NCBI GenBank assembly: GCA_051294375.1 | Contig: CM119265.1 | Span: 7,195,770 to 7,201,538 of the forward strand | Direction of reading: 5' to 3' | Source: Paraspadella gotoi | Taxonomy: Eukaryota > Animalia > Chaetognatha | DNA length: 5,769 nt | Shown here: one piece after another, positions 1 to 5,769 of the stretch | Layout: every line of letters starts with the position of its first letter | How positions within the stretch are numbered: the stretch's first letter is position 1 | Program-made: the position numbers and the translations under genes | The notes under the pieces: model-generated | What the model was told of the DNA's origin: nothing | The model's database searches: none | Seen by the model: the letters and a program-made list of their open reading frames with translations, nothing else

Positions 1-59
1 TAAGGATTTTAGCGCCGTCTAATGGACGAGATTTGAAACTCATTTGCGTATTGTACTTT

Positions 60-332
60 TATTACGAGATATTACGATAATATTATAATATATACGTAAT
101 TTATAATGTCATGATCACATTTTTTTTAAATCAGTTTAAATATTTCGATATGTAACCGAGAAATGAAGGACATATCGTCACATCCTCGAAGGGGATTACT
201 TAAATATGTAATATGAACGCCATATTTACAGGGAGTAAGGGTCCGAGAGTGGATGTGGCGAAAGTAAGTCGGGAACATAATGAACACGAACGTAATACTG
301 AGACTTATCTGGTTCAATTATTCCCGCGTTGC
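60..332 (+). repeat. Left arm of long imperfect inverted repeat (pairs with 543-887)
   Basis: Colinear exact reverse-complement blocks read by eye: 60-68/879-887 (9 bp), 89-102/830-843 (14 bp), 124-136/784-796 (13 bp), 157-190/723-756 (34 bp, cgagaaatgaaggacatatcgtcacatcctcgaa), 197-214/695-712 (18 bp), 276-290/587-601 (15 bp), 312-322/552-562 (11 bp), 327-332/543-548. Outer and inner limits are approximate. Confidence 0.95.
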
Positions 333-360
333 AGAGTCGGGGGGGGGTAACGGCTTCTTA

Positions 361-459
361 ATCTCTCTCTGCTTTCTCTCTCTCTCTCTTCTCTCTCTCT
401 CTCTTCTCCTTCTCTCTTCTCTCTCTCTCTCTCTCTCATCTCGTCTCTCCTCTCCCCTT
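361..459. repeat. Imperfect (CT)n / polypyrimidine tract at the centre of the inverted repeat; possibly a degraded SMRTbell adapter
   Basis: About 100 nt of almost only C and T with CT periodicity, starting atctctctct at 361. The repeat is seen directly; the adapter origin is inferred. Confidence 0.9.
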
Positions 460-542
460 GTGCAACCTGCGTGGGATAACTGAAAACCGAGAAGTGGGCA
501 TCTCCTTATCTTGCTCCCACCACCTTTGCTTGCGACATACTC

Positions 543-887
543 GCAACGGGCAATAATTGAACGCAGCATAAGTTCAGTATTTACGTTTCGTGTTCATTAT
601 GGTTCCCGCGTCATTTTTGACATTCGGCCACATGAATCGACTTCTCTGTACAGAAACCATGCGAATACATCCCTAGTAAGAATAGACTGTGTCAATATTA
701 CATATTTAAGTATTCCACGCCATTCGAGGATGTGACGATATGTCCTTCATTTCTCGTTACTATTAGAGACATAATTTTTAAATAACTGATTTAAAAGAAA
801 AAATGTGGATCATATCGATTTTTGATGACAAATTACGTATATAATTGCAGAGATTTTTTATTCGTATTGAATCGCAACCTCGTAATA
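543..887 (-). repeat. Right arm of long imperfect inverted repeat (pairs with 60-332)
   Basis: Same matched blocks in reverse orientation. This arm is about 345 bp versus about 273 bp for the left arm, and the extra bases are spread over many short insertions. Confidence 0.95.
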
Positions 888-1393
888 TACTTCAAAGGTA
901 TCCTACAACAGGTCTGCTCTTGATTCCTCTTGAGCGAGCACTGAGGTGAAACCATTGGTAACCGGTTACGTTATATAAGACAAAAAAAGCACAGCAGTCA
1001 TTCTCTCTGCAAGAATTGAAAGGGCGTTTGGCGATTTCGGAAAGAGATGTCGAGATGAGAGCATTATCGATCGGAGAGAATATCGCTTCTGAGAAAAAGC
1101 ATTGACGCCAACTTTAGTTGAATGATCAGGCCGAGCAACCTTAGGAAGTTGGTGGCAAAAAGAATTGACAAGAAGCGGAGACGTAGGAGTAAATCACAGA
1201 CATAGAAGCACCCAATGGATTCTCCATAGTAAATACAAGCAAAAACTAAAAAAAACCATAACTTGGTCAAGAAAGACCATGATTACAGGAAAAAAAAGTA
1301 TCATAGAAGAGTTGGCGCATGGTGGAGAGTGGAGGAACCGCACAACGATATGCGAATCAACCTTCGGTCAATAAATTCATGGATCATTAGGGG

Positions 1394-1700
1394 AAACAAA
1401 AAAAAAAAAAAAAAAAACGCTCTAGCCAACCAAAAAGATCATGAGAATGAGAGCAATTGTTATCATTAAGCCAAAAAAAAAAAAAAGAAAAGCAATGCGC
1501 GCAAAATCCAAACCAACAAACACAACACCAAATTGCCACAGAAACAACCATGGACACAAAAACCAAAAAAAAAATAAACCAAAAAAAAACAAAAAACAAA
1601 AAAGCTTCCTGCACACAAAATAAGAAAATAAAAAAAATAATCGAAAAAAAGAAGTTGAACACAAGGCCATCAACAAATAAAAATCCCATAAATCTCAATA
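1394..1700. repeat. A-rich low-complexity region including an A20 run (1398-1417)
   Basis: Many A homopolymers broken mostly by C (ccaaaaaaaaaaaaaag, aaccaacaaacacaacacc, aaccaaaaaaaaataaaccaaaaaaaaac). No regular repeat unit. Confidence 0.9.
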
Positions 1701-3866
1701 AACCGTGTAGAAACCTATTTTAGGTCCAATTTATGAAAGAGTTCGAATTTGGAGAAAAACAGTCCGAGGACAAGCGACAAAAGATGGGTGGCACGCTTTT
1801 TCAAATTGTCAACTCCGGAACTCACGCAAAAGCCGTTCACAAATTAGAGAGGTCGTTGAAGAACTATAGTCGAACGGACAAAGTTTACATCTTGGCGTTG
1901 CTATATTGCGCTTTAAATGCGATGCAAAAAAACACCAAGAGAGTCCGTCACATGATTCTCAAAATGAATTGCGAGCACAAAACATACAGAGGAAGCGGCA
2001 TCGAATAGAGTTGAAAGGAAGAATAAGTTTAAGAGAAGCGTGCAGGCTTTGTATAAATTGGGCAGAGGACAGCCATTTGACCAGACGAGGAATTTTCGTG
2101 AGCGCTTTAAAATGCAAAACTCAGGCACCAGCCCAAAAGGGTGGAGTGTGGGAAAAGAGAGATATTGGTGAGAGTCAATGATAAGGAAAGCAATGTGGTT
2201 TGCCTCTTAAGACGTAAAAAAGAGGTTTTCGTCATGATCCCTGCGGGCCGCGAGTGTATTTAATAACCACTATAAGATGAGCTGTGGTCGCATAGGCAAA
2301 TCACTTAACAACACGGCGTCCTATTACTAGGATGTGTCAGGAACGATCAGCCTAAGCAGACCGTATTGCTTCTATACACCTAATGACTTTCTCCATCCTA
2401 AATACGTTCCTGACTCTCTCAATCACTCGAAAAATACAGAGAGATCCGCCGGTAAAAGCCTATGAGAAAGATATGGAAGACAGTCGCAGAGCCATTGTCG
2501 ATTCCTTCTAGGAAAAGATGGTACAATATATGAGTATCTCACAGAGATTTGCAGAACGCCGAAATGGATGGCGAGCGAGACGCATCCTCCATTATAGAGA
2601 TTGTTGTTACTTGTCCAGTTGACGAGCCTTAGTGCCGAGAGAACGCCTGGAAATATGGCGAATAAGTTTGAGAGACCGAGCTATGTTGACCGGAAATTTC
2701 GCGAAGAGTGATTGTTCGTAACCGCTTTAGGCAAGCGCCTTTCATCCGTGATCGTACGGGTTTGGTGCTTTCTTGAAGCTGAATGGTGATAGAACGCAGT
2801 GGCGAGCGAAAATGCCAAAGGCTTAGCAGCCTGTCACTTGGATGATAGAAATATGGAACCAGCGCGTAATATTGAAATGCATATGCCTCAGATGATGCTC
2901 CTGCGGTCAGCAGATGGAAGGGAGCTCCATCCACGAGGCAGTTGAGACTTGTGCACTCTCGCTACCACGACGCCGTGGACGACCGAGGAGCAACACATCC
3001 GCCTACCCCTTGAATCGTGATCTGCTCGAATCAGACCCAGACAACTTCAGGAGTTGTCGACGGCGTATTATGGATTAACTCTAGATGTAATGCATGGCTA
3101 AATGATAGTGCTTGTTGCATATATGATGGCATATTCGTTCTGCTACTATGATGTTATATTATTTAGATGCGGATAATTTTGACCGGATTATGATTTTGAA
3201 TATGATTATCGTTTATGGATTGGTTATAGCGTCGAGGAATTCGATCGCTTTATTTTGATTTAATTACTGATAGATTTATTTTTCGTAGATTGGATCTGGT
3301 TCGGATTTGAGAGAGAGATTGAATTTCGGACCAGTGGGTTCTGTGATGGAGGGGGAATTGTTCCTTCCCTTAAATTGATCTATTTTAGAAGCCTTCCTGG
3401 AATCCACCTTTGCTCATCACTCTCGTCCCCATGCCAGTTGCTGTGATCAGGACAACAAGGACGGGTCTTAGGAGACAAGTTAAAGGTTGGGACCGAACGC
3501 CTAATACCATATATTTCAAAGGTGAAGACGCAGTCACGTGGACTCAGCGCGGCCTCCGCAAAGGCGGCTTGCGGGAGGAGGGTTATCTGTGTTGGGCCGC
3601 GCGATTTCCGCAGCATATTTAGAGTTTGGATCGCAAAATGCAAGCTTCTCACCAACTACGAAGTCCTGGATTAGGCGGGCCACTCGACCAAATCAGCCGT
3701 CGAGAGTAAGGGAGAAGAGAATAACTACCTTTTAACCACAAACGGTTTCCGAGCCAAGAATGCACATTGAAGACGCGGTTGGTCCGTAAGTATTATTGAG
3801 ACAATATGATCTTAGTATTATCAGACGGCCAACGTATTTCAAACCCAGTAAGAGAAGTTTATTATA

Positions 3867-3948
3867 TTTACTATATACAGACGACACTATTTTTACCTTG
3901 TTTAAATCTGTTTTTACTATATGTATTTATTCTGTTTTTACCTTGTTT
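3867..3948. repeat. Degenerate two-copy tandem repeat, period about 45 bp with a 21-24 bp sub-period
   Basis: tttactatat at 3867-3876 and 3913-3922; tttttaccttgttt at 3890-3903 and 3935-3948; tctgtttttac at 3907-3917 and 3931-3941. Confidence 0.6.
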
Positions 3949-5060
3949 TTTAAGTTGTTATTTAAATTGATATTTAATTCGATTTTCGTGCTTTTATTTG
4001 ATATAAATATACGTTTTAAACCTCACTAACATTCGAAATATCTGGCCGAGGAAGCAATATAATAGTTAATTACAGTAGCACAGATCAACACAATAAATGT
4101 TATATATAAAGCTTATTCATAACCTACAAGCGATGCATTAAAATGCGCGACTACTCAGAGGCAATAGAAAAAATAATAAACATTTATTTATCAATAGTAA
4201 AAAACAGGTTTCCTGAGGCCAATAAAGTTTTTTTTTTAAATTTGATTTTTTTATTGATGAACAATTTTAATAACCCTAAATTTGGTAAAAAGAAACCCTC
4301 GAAGCCAGCACTTGAAAATCTGGGACTAGAAGGTCATATACAGGTACACGTGAAGCGACCAATATTAAACTGAACGTTTTTTTATTATCTGTTTTGTGTT
4401 TATAAAGTTTTTTTTTAATCTTGAAAAATGAAGAAAAAATTGAGTTGAGGTTAATTACTACGAGCACAAGCAAGTTTGAGAATTCGAAGATCGAACCGTC
4501 CAAGTGAACAGGCTTTTTTTTTGTGAGAGCTCTCACAAATTCTTGAGAAAAAGTAGAAAAATTAACGAATAAATTCAATCGGCATTGTATTATTCCTTTC
4601 TTTTTCGTTTGAGTTTTATGAAATAGAATGACTCGCAAACCAAAGAGTCAGAAACATGTCCGTTATATAAATAAAATTATAGTTGATGAAACAAAATTTA
4701 TCAAATTATTCTTAATAATTCACAATCTTATTATTTTTTAGAAGACACAAATCATGAATACAAGATAGAGAGATGATGGTTGAGGAGACTAGCAGAGTGA
4801 TACTCGAATGCTCGTCTCTGCCAGAGCCGTGAAAAAGAAAAACCTTTTCACAGAGGGAACGTTAAGTTTAAGGAGACTCATGCTGTTTTCAAGGTGAAAA
4901 AAGACTAAAGTAAAATTTTAAATTTTATTAATTTCTACAACAAAATGGAATTAAGTATATGGAAAACAGAGACATGTTATGGCTAATATTGTTAGCCTTC
5001 TTCCGCGCAAAATTTATTGAATTTGATTCCTTACAGGATTTTTTTGCCAAAAGTATGTAT

Positions 5061-5090
5061 AGAGAGAGAGAGTGAAGAGAGAGAGAGAGA
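5061..5090. repeat. Interrupted (AG)n microsatellite
   Basis: agagagagagagtgaagagagagagagaga seen directly. Confidence 0.85.
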
Positions 5091-5154
5091 ATAAGAGGCA
5101 ACAATATGGCCAAACATGTACGTATATATATCATACTAATTACAATTTGATGTA

Positions 5155-5179
5155 NNNNNNNNNNNNNNNNNNNNNNNNN
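5155..5179. other. Assembly gap (25 N)
   Basis: Run of exactly 25 N (6+10+9 by line blocks). Confidence 0.99.
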
Positions 5180-5255
5180 GTTACTCCAACAGGTTATCGT
5201 GGGAGGAGAAAGAGAACGGCGCATGTGAAGGGACGAGGAATGGCGAAAGCCTGTC

Positions 5256-5281
5256 ATGGGCAATCGTATGGGCATCGTATG
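5256..5281. repeat. Short tandem duplication (11-12 bp unit)
   Basis: atgggcaatcgt followed by atgggcatcgt and atg. Confidence 0.5.
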
Positions 5282-5640
5282 ACATGTTAATGTTAATCAA
5301 ATGATATTGTTAAACATTCAAAACTTAACTATAGAGGACAAAATTAAAAATCGGTGAAAATACTGAATTTTTTTTTCCCTCGCGCCTTTTCATATGAGAC
5401 TTTGGCTTAGAAATTATATGAAAAAGAAAATAGGATGTCGCCGACATTGTTGGCAAGTCTTAAATTATCGGAGACCGGACTTTACAAGGACGCGGTGGCG
5501 GATGATAGCCTAGCGCTGGAAAGGTAAGAGCGACACTAAACAAAGTAAGCGCAGGTGAGGACGAGGCTAAAAGTGAGGATCTTGAGCTCGTAAATTTTTC
5601 TTTCTCGTGGCTTAAACGAGATTAAAAAGACCGACGGGCG

Positions 5641-5706
5641 GACAGGAGAAAGATGAGAGAAAAAGAAAAAAGAAAGTAAGAAAATAAGAAAAGGAAAAAC
5701 TAAAAC
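5641..5706. repeat. Purine-rich (A/G) low-complexity tract
   Basis: gacaggagaaagatgagagaaaaagaaaaaagaaagtaagaaaataagaaaaggaaaaac; very few pyrimidines. Confidence 0.6.
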
Positions 5707-5769
5707 TGCAAGAATTTACGTCGTTGTGGTTTGGCAAAAATCATTTCTTTCAATGACATTTTACTAGCT

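Noticed and set aside
280-569. ORFs 280..483 (+, Leu/Ser-rich) and 318..569 (-, Arg/Glu-rich)
   Set aside because: They are translations of the (CT)n tract, which has no stop codons. No recognisable domain.
126-735. ORFs 126..317 (-) and 511..735 (+)
   Set aside because: Short, with no known motif. Their shared snippet (ITYLS) comes from the inverted repeat, and the frame is not kept between arms.
1398-1417. A20 as a LINE/SINE or retrogene poly(A) tail
   Set aside because: No upstream element body, Pol III A/B boxes or flanking target-site duplication seen. It lies within a larger A-rich block.
1064-1723. Overlapping Lys/Asn-rich (+) and Phe-rich, membrane-like (-) ORFs
   Set aside because: Open in several frames on both strands because A-rich low-complexity DNA is poor in stop codons. 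The apparent signal peptides and transmembrane segments are composition artefacts.
1733-2934. ORFs 1733..2008, 1906..2181, 1913..2128 and 2629..2934
   Set aside because: 71-101 aa, partly overlapping, with no protein family I recognise and no transposase, reverse transcriptase or integrase motifs. Lengths are within chance expectation.
3553-3578. GC-rich hairpin cctccgcaa-aggcggc-ttgcgggagg as terminator or Helitron end
   Set aside because: 9 bp stem with a bulge, no following T tract and no downstream CTRR terminus. Plausible by chance.
3380-3735. More GC-rich block with three overlapping ORFs
   Set aside because: No recognisable protein, rRNA or tRNA. A small exon or transposon fragment cannot be excluded without blastx/blastn.
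3907-4210. Possible second inverted repeat (ctgtttttactat at 3908-3920 versus atagtaaaaaacag at 4194-4207)
   Set aside because: One short AT-rich match with an indel; the flanks do not extend convincingly.
3796-5290. ORFs 3796..4029, 4143..4373, 4276..4638, 4928..5275 and 5072..5290
   Set aside because: Composition reflects AT-rich DNA (F, L, I, K, N), there are no domains, and two of them run through the N gap.
1-5769. CRISPR array, prokaryotic operon or novel defence system
   Set aside because: No regularly spaced direct repeats, no long ORFs and no gene-dense organisation.

Overview
AT-rich, non-coding, probably eukaryotic scaffold sequence. I can support no CDS, RNA gene, CRISPR array or intact mobile element. 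The main structure is a long imperfect inverted repeat (about 60-332 versus 543-887) around a (CT)n tract. The arms share exact blocks up to 34 bp and differ mostly by small indels, with the right arm about 70 bp longer. The tract starts with ATCTCTCTCT, the first 10 nt of the PacBio SMRTbell adapter. The window also has abrupt composition switches, an A-rich low-complexity block, a few more adapter-like fragments and a gap of exactly 25 N. The simplest reading is that much of it is uncorrected long-read (PacBio CLR) sequence with a missed adapter, added during gap filling. A real foldback element or hairpin-RNA locus is the alternative for 60-887. I do not find evidence for a novel biological system here.
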